This document shows, piece by piece, positions 17,286 through 27,603 of a DNA stretch of 64,000 nt. The notes below the pieces were generated by a model, which worked only from the letters and a program-made list of their open reading frames with translations, was not told where the DNA came from and made no database searches. Both the position numbers and the translations under genes were made by a program. The DNA comes from Pseudomonadales bacterium (GTDB taxonomy: Bacteria; Pseudomonadota; Gammaproteobacteria; Pseudomonadales; JAHRWD01): assembly GCA_016763075.1 (NCBI GenBank), contig JAESUM010000030.1, forward strand, positions 4,994-68,993, in the 5' to 3' direction. Within the stretch, counting starts at the first letter, position 1; each line of letters opens with the position of its first letter.

Positions 17286-18953
17286 ATGAGAATCACAAAA
17301 AATCCCGCGTGGAAGTTTGCTAGGGCTCCCCTTGCAACAGCTGTGCTGGCAACCATGGTTTCGGCGCCAATTCAGGCGGTACCCTTTACGCTTGGCGATA
17401 ACGTCGAAGGTAGTTTTGATCTAACAGTAAACGCTGGTGTTTCTTGGCGTGTTGCTAAGCAAGATGCATCTTTAGTTGCACCTGGCAACGGTGGAACCGG
17501 CGGCGCAGACAAAGGCGCTGGCGATGACGGGAATATTAACTGGGCTCGAGGAAAAACTTTCTCTGAGGCAGTAAAAGTACTTCCTGAGCTAGAGTTGTCA
17601 ATGGGCGATTTCGGCGCATTTTTCCGTGGTAAACTTTTCTATGACTTTGCGATTGAAGGCGACAAGGCTGAAGTGGTTCCAATTCCTGAGGCGGAAAAAG
17701 ATGTCGCAGGTAGCGGAATAACTCTTCTTGACGCATTTGTTTGGGGCAATTTTGAAGTCGGTGAGCAATATCTTGATGTCCGAGTGGGCCAACAAGTAGT
17801 TAACTGGGGTGAAGCATTGTTTGCTTTGTCTGGTGGTGTTAACACGATTAACCCACTTGATGGGGCGGCTGCTACAGCTCCTGGCGTTGAAATTAAAGAA
17901 ATTGTACTTCCTACAGTAATGTTGTACGCAACATTATCCCTAACTGATACCACTTCAATTGAGGGTTTTTATCGGCCTGCGAGCATGTGGGAACAAACGA
18001 TAGCCCCTGCATGTGGTACGTTTTTCGGTACCGATTTCGTAAGTACGTCTTCGGAAGCGTGTAATTATTTAAATATCGGCGGAGCACCTGAATCGATTGC
18101 GGCAGCATCTGGCGCAGCGATTTTACGCGGATTACCGAATGATCATGCCAATAAAGACGAGTTTGGTGTTTCGTATCGGTTCGCAATCCAAGCGTTAGAT
18201 ACTGAGTTTGGTGTGTATTATGTTAAATATAATAATACATCACCGAGTTTCTATATGACGTATGCGACGTCTTTAAATGTGCCCATCACTGCTAGTTACG
18301 GTTTGAAGTATGTTGAAGGTGAAGAAATGTTCGGGATTAGCGCGAGCACCCAGAAAATGCGCATCTCGTGGCAGTGGGAAATGTCCTACCGGCCAGATGC
18401 GTATTTGAGTTTTGGCGAAGCTGGGTTGCTAACTCAGACTCTTGCTGGTGTCGCAGCTGGTTCCTCGGGGTTCATCGACGATCATGAGCGTGGTGATGTA
18501 TACCAAATGTCACTGACTGCTACAAAAGTGTTGGGCCAAACGCTTGGAGCGGGCTCCGGTGCAGTCGTAATCGAAGTAACAGGTAATAACGCTGATTTTA
18601 ATGCAGATAAAACGCTATATCCAGGTGTGTTAAATATCTGTGCATATTGCCCAGCTACTCGTACAGCGTGGGGTTATACAGCGTTGTTTGCTCTTAGCTA
18701 CTATAACGTTTTTGCTGGTATTAACTTAAAGCCTAGCGTTACCTTTACTCATAACGTAAACGGTACTTCTGGTCTTGGGCTTGGCTCGTTCCGCGAAGGA
18801 CGTCGTAATGTTTCAGCTACATTGCAAGCAGACTTCCGTACCGTTCACATTGTTGCGCTTAAATACACTGACTATATTGAATCTGACAGCCCAACAGGTT
18901 CAGACAGGTATGATAAAGACTTCATGTCTTTAACGTACTCTTGGTCTTTGTAG
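17286..18953 (+). CDS. DUF1302-family outer-membrane protein
   Basis: Signal peptide (ATAVLATMVSAPIQA). Beta-rich and aromatic-rich, with a C-terminal ...LTYSWSL. It sits immediately upstream of DUF1329 genes, the usual pairing. Confidence 0.6.
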   Translation: MRITKNPAWKFARAPLATAVLATMVSAPIQAVPFTLGDNVEGSFDLTVNAGVSWRVAKQDASLVAPGNGGTGGADKGAGDDGNINWARGKTFSEAVKVLPELELSMGDFGAFFRGKLFYDFAIEGDKAEVVPIPEAEKDVAGSGITLLDAFVWGNFEVGEQYLDVRVGQQVVNWGEALFALSGGVNTINPLDGAAATAPGVEIKEIVLPTVMLYATLSLTDTTSIEGFYRPASMWEQTIAPACGTFFGTDFVSTSSEACNYLNIGGAPESIAAASGAAILRGLPNDHANKDEFGVSYRFAIQALDTEFGVYYVKYNNTSPSFYMTYATSLNVPITASYGLKYVEGEEMFGISASTQKMRISWQWEMSYRPDAYLSFGEAGLLTQTLAGVAAGSSGFIDDHERGDVYQMSLTATKVLGQTLGAGSGAVVIEVTGNNADFNADKTLYPGVLNICAYCPATRTAWGYTALFALSYYNVFAGINLKPSVTFTHNVNGTSGLGLGSFREGRRNVSATLQADFRTVHIVALKYTDYIESDSPTGSDRYDKDFMSLTYSWSL

Positions 18954-18996
18954 TCTCGTATAACAGCGTAACTAGTGTAGATACGTAGGTTTGATG

Positions 18997-19035
18997 GCAT
19001 ATGACCGAGGTCGGTTTTGGCTTCGGTTCATATGC
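18997..19035 (+). terminator. Imperfect long hairpin after the DUF1302 gene (possible terminator)
   Basis: GCATATGACCGAGG ... CTTCGGTTCATATGC, with an internal ACCGA-GGT-TCGGT-TTTT mini-hairpin. No strong T-tract follows the outer stem. Confidence 0.35.
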
Positions 19036-19150
19036 TCAACATCCTAGGTTTATATAATATAGTGTATGTGTATCGCTATCTAGATTGTCGGTACAAAACT
19101 AAATTGAAGTCGGCGGAGGTTGTAAGACTGACCGTCGGGAGAATTAAAGA

Positions 19151-20530
19151 ATGTTAAAGAAAGTTTCATATATAGCAGGAAGTAGTTTGCTCTTATCCTG
19201 TTTTGTTGCCGGAAATGCGGTAGCAAAAGTGTCTGAAGAGAAAGCAGCTGAAATTGGCAAAAGCCTCACATGGAGTGGCGCAGAAAGAGCCGGAAATGCC
19301 GATGGTACAATTCCAGCGTACACCGGTGGTTTTGATAAAAACTTGATTCCTACAGGCTGGAAACCTGGAATGAGTTACACCAACCCATTCCCAGAAGACA
19401 AAGTACTGATTACGATCAATGCATCGAATGTAGATCAGCATATGGACAAGCTCGCACCGGGTACCGTTGCGATGATCAAAACATATCCAGATACGTATTA
19501 TTTGAATGTGTATAAAACTCGCCGCACAGCTGGAGTTACAGAATCTGCCGCGGAAGATATTAAATACAATGCTACTCATGCCACTTTGGCGGAAGGCGGT
19601 TCTGGTGTGCTAGGCATGCACGGCTCAACACCGTTTCCAATTCCAAATGAAGGTGTCGAAGCGGTATGGAACCACGTGATTCGATGGCGCGGCGGAATGC
19701 GTGTTGTACAAGACGAAGCGACTTTCGCTCCTCAAGTAGACGGCAGTTACGCGAAAGCAACCCGTACCGTGAACTTTTTCTTTAACCCAGAGTTTAAGAA
19801 AGGCGGCCCACGTGATGACATCATCTTTTTCTACACGTCTAAGGTGAATAGCCCGTCACGTTTAACGGGTGAAATTATATTGCTTCATGAAACAGCAAAC
19901 CAATCTGACCACCCGCGTATCGTTTGGAAGTACTACACCGGTCAACGCCGTGTTCGTCGTGCACCTGACGCAGGTCACGATAGCCCAAGCGCAGACGCTG
20001 ATGGACTATTCGTATCTGACCAAGTTGATGGTATCAACGGTGCGATCAACGCTCGTTTTGAGTGGGAAATTGTTGGCAAACAAGAGATGTATATCCCTTA
20101 CAACAACTTCGATATGAACCAACCTAACGTTTCTTATGATGATTTGATTCAAAAAGGTCACATCAATCCTAAATGGAGCCGTTGGGAACTACACAGAGTT
20201 TGGGTAGTGAAAGGTAAATTAAAGCAGGGGCAGCGCCACGTTTATGGTTCTCGTGTGCTATACATTGACGAAGACAGCTGGCAAGTAGCTGTACATGATA
20301 TGTATGACGTAAAAGATAACCTGTGGAGAACGATGGAACTGTTCACTACTATATTTTGGGATGCGAATATTTCTTGGGTGCAAGGCTACACAACCTACGA
20401 TATCCTCGCAAAACGTTACTATGTACGAGGCCTGGTTAACGAAGAGAAGCCATATGTCTTCGATCAACCAGGTGTTGCAGGGATGAAGGGATATACTCCT
20501 GCTGCGCTTCGTCGTATGGGTAGACGGTAA
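19151..20530 (+). CDS. DUF1329-family (LolA-like fold) periplasmic protein, paralogue 1
   Basis: Signal peptide. Conserved blocks FFYTSKVNSPSRLTGEI, YIPYNNFD and HRVWVV...DEDSW. C-terminus TPAALRRMGRR. Confidence 0.7.
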   Translation: MLKKVSYIAGSSLLLSCFVAGNAVAKVSEEKAAEIGKSLTWSGAERAGNADGTIPAYTGGFDKNLIPTGWKPGMSYTNPFPEDKVLITINASNVDQHMDKLAPGTVAMIKTYPDTYYLNVYKTRRTAGVTESAAEDIKYNATHATLAEGGSGVLGMHGSTPFPIPNEGVEAVWNHVIRWRGGMRVVQDEATFAPQVDGSYAKATRTVNFFFNPEFKKGGPRDDIIFFYTSKVNSPSRLTGEIILLHETANQSDHPRIVWKYYTGQRRVRRAPDAGHDSPSADADGLFVSDQVDGINGAINARFEWEIVGKQEMYIPYNNFDMNQPNVSYDDLIQKGHINPKWSRWELHRVWVVKGKLKQGQRHVYGSRVLYIDEDSWQVAVHDMYDVKDNLWRTMELFTTIFWDANISWVQGYTTYDILAKRYYVRGLVNEEKPYVFDQPGVAGMKGYTPAALRRMGRR

Positions 20531-20787
20531 TTTATTACCGGAATATCTAGCTGATAGTGAGAGTAGTTTGTGGTGAATAATCCACGGTTCGGGTAACCCA
20601 CCTTGAACTACTCTTGCTGATGTTTAGTTGGAGCTTACGCAATATTTGCCAATGGTAGGTGTTTGGTGAGCAAGTGTTAATGAAATGTATAAAGGGTCTT
20701 ACTATATAAATATCAACTAAATTGTGTCCGCGCTTTAATCGCATTTGTATGCAGATGGTAGCGAGGGGATGATTGGAGGCTAGGCAA

Positions 20788-22170
20788 ATGAAACTCAATA
20801 GAAAAGTAATAATAACGGGAAGTAGTTTAGTTTTGTCCTGTTTCGCCAGCAGTATCGCAATGGCGAAAGTATCAGCAGAAGAAGCTGCTAAGTTAGGTGA
20901 CACACTCACTTGGAGCGGCGCGATAAAAGCAGGGAACGCAGACGGAACTATTCCAGCGTATACCGGCGGTTTCGATAAAAGCTTGATCCCTTCCGGCTGG
21001 AAGTCAGGCATGTCGTATACCAACCCATTTCCACAAGACAAGGTGCTGTTTACCATTAACGCATCGAACGTCGATCAATATGCAGACAAGTTAGCGCCTG
21101 GCACAGTTGCCATGCTGAAAGCTTACCCTGACACCAACTATCTGAATATCTACAAAACCTGCCGTACCGCTATGGCTACGGATGCTGCGAAAGCAGATAT
21201 CAAATACAACGCTAGTAATGCCACGTTAGCACCACGCGGTGCGGGCGTACTCGGTATGCATGGCTCTACACCCTTTCCAATACCTCAAGAAGGTGTTGAA
21301 GCGGTATGGAACCACGTGATTCGCTGGCGCGGTGGTCAACGTGTAGTGCAAAACGAAGCTGGTTTTGCTCCTCAAGTTGACGGTAGTTACGCTAAAGCGA
21401 CTATCACCGTTAACTTCTTTTTTAACCCTGAGTTTAAAAAAGGCGGAACTACTGATGACATCATTTTCTTCTATACGTCAAAAGTGAATAGTCCTTCTCG
21501 TTTAACCGGTGAAATCATCCTGTTACACGAGACCGCTAACCAGTCTGATCACCCACGTATCGTTTGGAAGTATTACACCGGGCAACGTCGTGTACGTCGT
21601 GCACCGGACGCTGGACATGATAGCCCAAGTTCTTCTGCTGACGGACTGTTTGTATCCGACCAAGTTGATGGAATCAACGGTGCGGTCAACGAACGTTTTA
21701 GCTGGGAACTCAAAGGCAAACAGGAGATGTATATCCCCTATAACAACTTTGATATGAATCAGCCAGACGTTAAGTACAGCGATTTAATCAAAAAGGGTCA
21801 CATCAATCCTAAATGGACGCGATGGGAGCTACACAGAGTGTGGGTCGTTGAAGGTACACTAAGAGAAGGTTCACGCCACGTTTATGGTAAGAGAATCATC
21901 TACAGTGATGAGGATAGCTGGCAAGTTGCGGTACATGATCTTTATGATACGAAGGGTAACCTATGGCGTACTATGGACATGTTTGGAACCGTATTTTGGG
22001 ATTCGAACATGCACTGGGTACAGGCATACGCTACGTATGACTTACTTGCGAAACGTTATTATATTCGCGGTGTAGTTAATGAAGAATCTCCCTATGTCTT
22101 TGACGATCCGGGTACTACAGGGATGAAAGGTTATACTCCTGCGGCATTACGCCGTATGGGTAGACGTTAA
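20788..22170 (+). CDS. DUF1329-family protein, paralogue 2
   Basis: Same blocks as paralogue 1. Start moved to ATG 20788 (MKLNRK..., GGAGG 8 nt upstream) so that it aligns with the other two N-termini. Confidence 0.7.
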   Translation: MKLNRKVIITGSSLVLSCFASSIAMAKVSAEEAAKLGDTLTWSGAIKAGNADGTIPAYTGGFDKSLIPSGWKSGMSYTNPFPQDKVLFTINASNVDQYADKLAPGTVAMLKAYPDTNYLNIYKTCRTAMATDAAKADIKYNASNATLAPRGAGVLGMHGSTPFPIPQEGVEAVWNHVIRWRGGQRVVQNEAGFAPQVDGSYAKATITVNFFFNPEFKKGGTTDDIIFFYTSKVNSPSRLTGEIILLHETANQSDHPRIVWKYYTGQRRVRRAPDAGHDSPSSSADGLFVSDQVDGINGAVNERFSWELKGKQEMYIPYNNFDMNQPDVKYSDLIKKGHINPKWTRWELHRVWVVEGTLREGSRHVYGKRIIYSDEDSWQVAVHDLYDTKGNLWRTMDMFGTVFWDSNMHWVQAYATYDLLAKRYYIRGVVNEESPYVFDDPGTTGMKGYTPAALRRMGRR

Positions 22171-22369
22171 GTAGTATGTTTTGACTGAACGTGTGCGATC
22201 GACGCATTGTTTAATGTATCGATCGTATGCCTCAGCCGTTTTAAGTTGTAGCACTATGTTTACATCAAAGTTTTACCAGAGGAAGTTAATATAAAATAAA
22301 CCAAAATGTCGTAGATATTCCATGTTCTAGGCTTAGCCTTGTGGGAGCCATACGGCGGGAGAATAACTA

Positions 22370-23749
22370 ATGAAGCTCTACAATAAAACAATAATAGTAG
22401 GAAGCAGTTTAGTTTTATCCTTTTCAAGTACTCTAGTCATAGCGAAAGTTTCGCAAGAAAAAGCAGCTCAAATTGGTCAATCACTGACCTGGAGTGGTGC
22501 AGAGGTAGCCGGCAACGCTAGCGGCACTATCCCTGCTTACACCGGCGGCTTTGATATGAGTAAGATTCCCTCGGGCTGGAAGTCTGGTATGCCCTACACC
22601 AATCCGTTCCCGGAAGATAAGATCTTACTTACCATTGACGCGTCTAATGTTGATCAACATACAGACAAATTGGCACCGGGTACGGTGGCAATGATCAAAA
22701 CGTACCCTGATACCTATTTCCTTAATATCTATAACACTCGCCGTACAGCGGGTGCAACAGAAGATGCGAAGGCCGATATTCTGTATAACGCGACTAACGC
22801 GATCTTAGCACCGGGAAAGTCTGGTGTTCTAAATATGCATGGATCAACGCCGTTTCCAATTCCAAATGAAGGTATTGAAGCTGTCTGGAACCACGTGATT
22901 CGATGGCGCGGCGGTATGCGCGTAGTCCAAAACGAGGCTAGTTTTGCACCTCAAGTCGACGGTAGTTTTTCTAAGGCTACCCGAACCGTTAACTTCTTTT
23001 TTAATCCGGAGTTTAAAAAAGGTGGTCCACGAGACGACATTATCTTTTTCTATACGTCGAAGGTGAATAGCCCGTCGCGCTTAACCGGCGAGATTGTGTT
23101 GTTGCACGAAACGGCAAACCAATCTGATCACCCTCGAATTGCATGGAAATATTACACTGGTCAGCGCCGTGTTCGTCGGGCACCGGATGCCGGTCATGAT
23201 AGCCCTAGTGCAGATGCCGATGGACTATTTGTTTCTGATCAGGTCGATGGTATTAACGGGGAGGTTAGTGCACGCTTCAGCTGGGAAATGCTTGGAAAGC
23301 AGGAAGTGTACATTCCATACAACAACTTCGACATGAACCAGTCAAATATCAGTTACGATGACTTACTGCAGAAAGGCCATATTAACCCTCAGTGGACGCG
23401 TTGGGAATTACACCGAGTATGGGTTGTAAAGGGTGTATTGAAAGAAGGTCAGCGGCACGTATATGGCACTCGGATATTATTTATAGACGAAGACAGCTGG
23501 CAAGTTGGTATTCATGATATGTATGACGTTAAGGGTAACCTATGGCGCACCCAAGACATGTTTAGTACAGTCTTCTGGGATGCCAATATCAGTTGGGTAC
23601 AGGCATATAGTACTTATGATTTATTAGCAAATAGATACTATATTCGGGGTGTGATTAACGAGGAAGAACCCTATGTATTCGACCAACCTGGTGTAGAAGG
23701 TATTAAAGGGTACACTCCTGCCGCTCTACGCCGTATGGGAAGACGTTAG
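22370..23749 (+). CDS. DUF1329-family protein, paralogue 3
   Basis: Same blocks as paralogues 1 and 2, and the same 459-aa length as paralogue 1. Confidence 0.7.
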   Translation: MKLYNKTIIVGSSLVLSFSSTLVIAKVSQEKAAQIGQSLTWSGAEVAGNASGTIPAYTGGFDMSKIPSGWKSGMPYTNPFPEDKILLTIDASNVDQHTDKLAPGTVAMIKTYPDTYFLNIYNTRRTAGATEDAKADILYNATNAILAPGKSGVLNMHGSTPFPIPNEGIEAVWNHVIRWRGGMRVVQNEASFAPQVDGSFSKATRTVNFFFNPEFKKGGPRDDIIFFYTSKVNSPSRLTGEIVLLHETANQSDHPRIAWKYYTGQRRVRRAPDAGHDSPSADADGLFVSDQVDGINGEVSARFSWEMLGKQEVYIPYNNFDMNQSNISYDDLLQKGHINPQWTRWELHRVWVVKGVLKEGQRHVYGTRILFIDEDSWQVGIHDMYDVKGNLWRTQDMFSTVFWDANISWVQAYSTYDLLANRYYIRGVINEEEPYVFDQPGVEGIKGYTPAALRRMGRR

Positions 23750-23790
23750 ATACTCTGAACAGTAGAACTTTATTAGTTCATCAGTCTTCG

Positions 23791-23822
23791 AAAAATGCCA
23801 ATCCGTAGATTGGCGTTTTTTT
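23791..23822 (+). terminator. Rho-independent terminator after the DUF1329 array
   Basis: GCCAATC-CGTA-GATTGGC followed by GTTTTTTT, with an A-tract on the 5' side. Confidence 0.8.
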
Positions 23823-24186
23823 GTGTAACGAGTTCGCAATATTGGCGGCGTCGCCCATTCTAAGTTTCAATACTAGACAATGGTAGTAATTCGTCTGTGG
23901 ACGTTCTGAGTTTTCTCGGTCTTACAACGCGCTAATATCAGGCATTTTCCGTTACGAGTAAGCCCTTTCATTAGCGTCCTGCGTTTACGTGGTATTTCCG
24001 CCAGATACGGCTTTATCTGACCAAATATAATTGTTAGGATGCGCCGGCGCCGAAAGAAACGGATATAGCGCGAGATACACCTTAATCGAGAGTGCGGTTG
24101 AGGTAGAAATTACAAAGGAATCACTGATAAATTTGAAGAAGTTGCGCCAATACACGTGTTGGCAGACGGACTAAATGAGATGAATA

Positions 24187-25746
24187 ATGGCTTCACGAAA
24201 TAACAACGATAGCATTAAAGCAACATTGCCAGCACGCAGAGAACTGCTGCGTACTGGTGCAGCGCTTATGTTTATTATCGGCATCGTATTTTTTGTGGAA
24301 GTTGGCCTAAAAGGCAGCTACCTATTAGTAATCGCAGCGATGATTGGCGGTTACATGGCTATCAATATCGGCGCTAATGACGTTGCCAATAATGTGGGTC
24401 CCGCAGTAGGTTCTGGGGCACTCACAATGACCGGCGCGATTATCCTTGCGGTTGTTTTTGAAGCCGCCGGTGCAATTATCGCTGGAGGTGAAGTCGTTGG
24501 CACTATTAAGAAAGGTATTATCAACCCTGAGATGATCGGGGACAGTACAACCTTTGTTTGGTTAATGATTGCCGCGTTGCTTTCTGGCGCAATTTGGTTA
24601 AACGTAGCTACCGCCGTTGGCGCGCCAGTATCGACTACGCACTCAATAGTAGGTGGTGTTCTTGGGGCCGGTATTGCTGCAGGCGGGCTTGCTATTGCTG
24701 ACTGGTCAAAGATGGCTGAAATTGCAGCGAGCTGGGTTATTTCCCCAGTGCTCGGTGGCGGCATTGCAGCGGGCTTTCTGTACCTGATTAAACAAACAAT
24801 CACATACCGTCCGGACAAACTAGCTGCTGCGCGACGTGTGGTACCGGTGTTAGTTGCGATAATGGTTTGGACGTTCTCGACCTATTTGATGCTCAAAGGA
24901 CTAAAGAAAATCTGGAAGGTAGAGCTTGGTATGGCTCTACTGATTGGACTGGCCATCGCCACCGTAACTTATTTAATTGTGCGCCCGGTTATTTCCAAGG
25001 CGACCGAACATATGAGTGATGATATTGATTCAGTGAATAAACTATTCACTATGCCGCTTATTTTCGCAGCGGGGTTGCTTAGCTTTGCTCATGGTGCAAA
25101 TGATGTGGCAAATGCAATTGGCCCATTGGCTGCTATCAACGACGCACTCATGCACGGTGGGATTTCTAGTACTGCCGCCATACCTTTGTGGGTGATGGTG
25201 ATCGGTGCGTTAGGCATTGCTCTGGGGTTAGCGTTATATGGACCAAAACTGGTTCGAACTGTTGGTAGCGAAATCACCGACCTTGATCAGAGCCGAGCCT
25301 TTTGTATCGCGATGTCTGCAGCTATTACTGTAATTATCGCCAGCCAAATGGCGCTGCCAGTTTCTTCAACCCATATTGCGGTTGGTGCGGTATTTGGAGT
25401 TGGGTTTCTACGAGAACACGTTAAAGCAACCTATGCGAAAGCGGTTCATTCCATTGAATTGCATCACCAAGGTGACGACCGTGAAGTAGTCGAAGCTTTT
25501 CTGCATAACTTCCAGATAGCGACGTTACGTGGCCGCCGATTGATTTTGAAGGAGCTTGAAGCCGGTACTAGCAAGGCAAAACTTTCGGAAATCGAAGCGC
25601 AACAGTTAGGAATTAATTACCGTGAACACTTGGTAAAACGTTCTGCGCTGAAAAAAATAATCGCGGCATGGATTGTAACTGTGCCTGCGTCAGGTTTACT
25701 CGCAGCCCTAATTTTTTACACGATTAGAGGCATGTCAGGGTCTTAA
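24187..25746 (+). CDS. PiT-family inorganic phosphate transporter
   Basis: Duplicated GANDVAN signature (NIGANDVANNVGPAVG and HGANDVANAIGPLA). Polytopic membrane protein with a hydrophilic insert (aa ~400-480). Confidence 0.85.
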   Translation: MASRNNNDSIKATLPARRELLRTGAALMFIIGIVFFVEVGLKGSYLLVIAAMIGGYMAINIGANDVANNVGPAVGSGALTMTGAIILAVVFEAAGAIIAGGEVVGTIKKGIINPEMIGDSTTFVWLMIAALLSGAIWLNVATAVGAPVSTTHSIVGGVLGAGIAAGGLAIADWSKMAEIAASWVISPVLGGGIAAGFLYLIKQTITYRPDKLAAARRVVPVLVAIMVWTFSTYLMLKGLKKIWKVELGMALLIGLAIATVTYLIVRPVISKATEHMSDDIDSVNKLFTMPLIFAAGLLSFAHGANDVANAIGPLAAINDALMHGGISSTAAIPLWVMVIGALGIALGLALYGPKLVRTVGSEITDLDQSRAFCIAMSAAITVIIASQMALPVSSTHIAVGAVFGVGFLREHVKATYAKAVHSIELHHQGDDREVVEAFLHNFQIATLRGRRLILKELEAGTSKAKLSEIEAQQLGINYREHLVKRSALKKIIAAWIVTVPASGLLAALIFYTIRGMSGS

Positions 25747-25980
25747 AATCTAGATTCTGTTACGCCAGGTTTTAGAACAATATACCAAGATAGTATTATA
25801 ACTCCCTCTATTTGCCAGTGCTGGATAGTGCTTTCTAGCAGGATGCGGTACCTAAAACATTGTAATGACTGGGTTAAGCAAATCGAGTTGCTTTAAGCGA
25901 GGTATTTGATGGTTCTTAGTGGCTCGCCGGTCAAACCGTACAGTTGATAAGTGCTGTAATTAGATTGCCTGCACTGAGCT

Positions 25981-26190
25981 CTAACCCTCAGTATTTTCCG
26001 CGTGAAAGGATCTGACACAGTTCTCGCAAATACAGGATTCATCGCGTAAGTCCTCTGGCACCTGTTCTAAGAGTTGATTTGAAAACTCAACGTCCGGCTC
26101 CATGCACCAGCATCTCGAACTGTCTTGCTCCATACCGCAGTGATTGTTTAGCTGGCATAGCGGACAGGTCGTTTTATAAGAATCGGTCAT
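25981..26190 (-). CDS. Cysteine-rich CWC-family protein
   Basis: 69 aa with CPLC...HCG...RCWC...CICENC spacing. Confidence 0.65.
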   Translation of the reverse strand: MTDSYKTTCPLCQLNNHCGMEQDSSRCWCMEPDVEFSNQLLEQVPEDLRDESCICENCVRSFHAENTEG

Positions 26191-26205
26191 AGTTGCGTCA
26201 AATAC

Positions 26206-27318
26206 CTACTCGATGCTCTCAAAGTGTTCATCAACCCATTGGCTTGGTACATTTGCTATACCCTGATGCTGCCACTTTGGCGCTCTATCTTTATCAACCA
26301 ATAACGCTCGCACGCCTTCTCTAAAATCTGGGTGGGCAACACATTGCATAACCATTTTAATTTCCATAGCGAAGACTTCAGCTAACGTTCTGTCGCGGCC
26401 GCGCCGTAACTGCTCAAATACCAAATGCGCGGTAGTTGGGCAGCCGACTTTTAGGTTATCTATTGCCGAATTCCACCACCTGTCAGTATCAGTGTTTTCA
26501 GCTGATATTCGCGCATCAAAAAGGGCAATCGAAAGCGGAATGATGCCATCGTAGTTGTCCATTAAGTTTTGAATCACTGATTGATGCATTTCAAGCGGTC
26601 CAACCTTACCTTCGGCGCTAATATCTAGCTCAGCCAACAATGCAGTTACACTTTGGTTGTTTGTATTTGAGTCCGGTAGCCATGGGTTATTCTTGAGCTG
26701 GCATAGCAAGTTTGCTTTGGTATCGCCTGTAAGCAGATAGTCGGCTAGTCCAGCGTATAACGCATCCATACCTTGAATAGACGCGCCAGTTAACCCGAGA
26801 AATAAACCACAGCCGGCGGGCATGCGGTTTAGGAACCAACTGGCTCCAACGTCCGGGAATAAACCAATGTTAATCTCCGGCATGGCAAGGGTAGAGTCTG
26901 GCGTTACCACTCGGTGGCTAGCGCCGACCATTAGTCCAACGCCACCACCCATTACAATGCCATGGCCCCACACGATAATGGGTTTGGGGTAATGATGAAT
27001 AAGTTGATCTAATTTATATTCCTCAGAAAAAAACTCCAATGCTAGCGGGTTAGGCCGGTGTGCATCTTGTGCGGTCATACTGTCGTAGATATGCCGAATA
27101 TTACCGCCGGAGCATAACCCTCGCTCGCTCGTGGAGTCGATAAACACAGCCGCAACTTGCGGGTCCGTTTGCCACGCTGTCAAACAAGAATACAGCGAAC
27201 GAATCATCTCAAGGCTCAAGGCATTAATGGTTCGCGGGTCATTTAGCGTGATGACACCGATACCTGAGCCTGATCCAGAGGGAGGGTTGGGTTGTTCAAT
27301 AATAATTTTATCTGTCAT
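26206..27318 (-). CDS. Enoyl-CoA hydratase/isomerase family protein, 3-hydroxyisobutyryl-CoA hydrolase-like
   Basis: Contains VITLNDPRTINALS, GIVMGGGVGL and PEINIGLFPDVGASWFL plus the long C-terminal extension typical of HIBCH-type enzymes. Start taken at internal Met34 (MTDKIIIEQ); the track start at 27417 is a GTG with a non-protein-like leader. Confidence 0.7.
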   Translation of the reverse strand: MTDKIIIEQPNPPSGSGSGIGVITLNDPRTINALSLEMIRSLYSCLTAWQTDPQVAAVFIDSTSERGLCSGGNIRHIYDSMTAQDAHRPNPLALEFFSEEYKLDQLIHHYPKPIIVWGHGIVMGGGVGLMVGASHRVVTPDSTLAMPEINIGLFPDVGASWFLNRMPAGCGLFLGLTGASIQGMDALYAGLADYLLTGDTKANLLCQLKNNPWLPDSNTNNQSVTALLAELDISAEGKVGPLEMHQSVIQNLMDNYDGIIPLSIALFDARISAENTDTDRWWNSAIDNLKVGCPTTAHLVFEQLRRGRDRTLAEVFAMEIKMVMQCVAHPDFREGVRALLVDKDRAPKWQHQGIANVPSQWVDEHFESIE

Positions 27319-27603
27319 TGGATTCAATCTGGATATATGGGTTGTACGAGCACACGTGAAATGTAATGTTATTATGCTCTGTGGCATTGGTATATAGCGG
27401 GCATAAAAAACATCCACTCTGTTAGTGGTTTACATGATACCAAGCAACGGTGCTTGGCGGTTTTCTACGCGTTACTTAGCATCAACTAATTGAAGATATT
27501 AACGCAAAACGGCGCCGCGATAGTGACTACCAAAAATGCATTGAATCGGCATCGGTACGCGTTTATCAACGGCGATAATCATTTTAAGAATAGAGACAAA
27601 ATT

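Noticed and set aside
20547-21056. A 169-aa minus-strand ORF spanning the spacer between DUF1329 paralogues 1 and 2.
   Set aside because: It overlaps the start and signal peptide of paralogue 2 on the opposite strand. It has no RBS or motif, and no equivalent ORF exists in the other spacer.
19869-23336. An alternative-frame ORF of 80-82 aa recurs in all three DUF1329 genes (19869-20117, 21509-21757, 23094-23336), which could suggest a conserved overlapping gene.
   Set aside because: It falls in the near-identical central nucleotide block of the paralogues, so its 'conservation' is a by-product of DNA identity. The peptides are low-complexity, and I found no RBS.
24351-24818. A 155-aa minus-strand ORF inside the PiT transporter gene, with similar antisense ORFs inside prfC (14078-14515), hsdR (3679-4086) and the RND gene (55167-55637).
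   Set aside because: All are antisense shadows within strongly supported genes. None has a start context or a recognisable motif.
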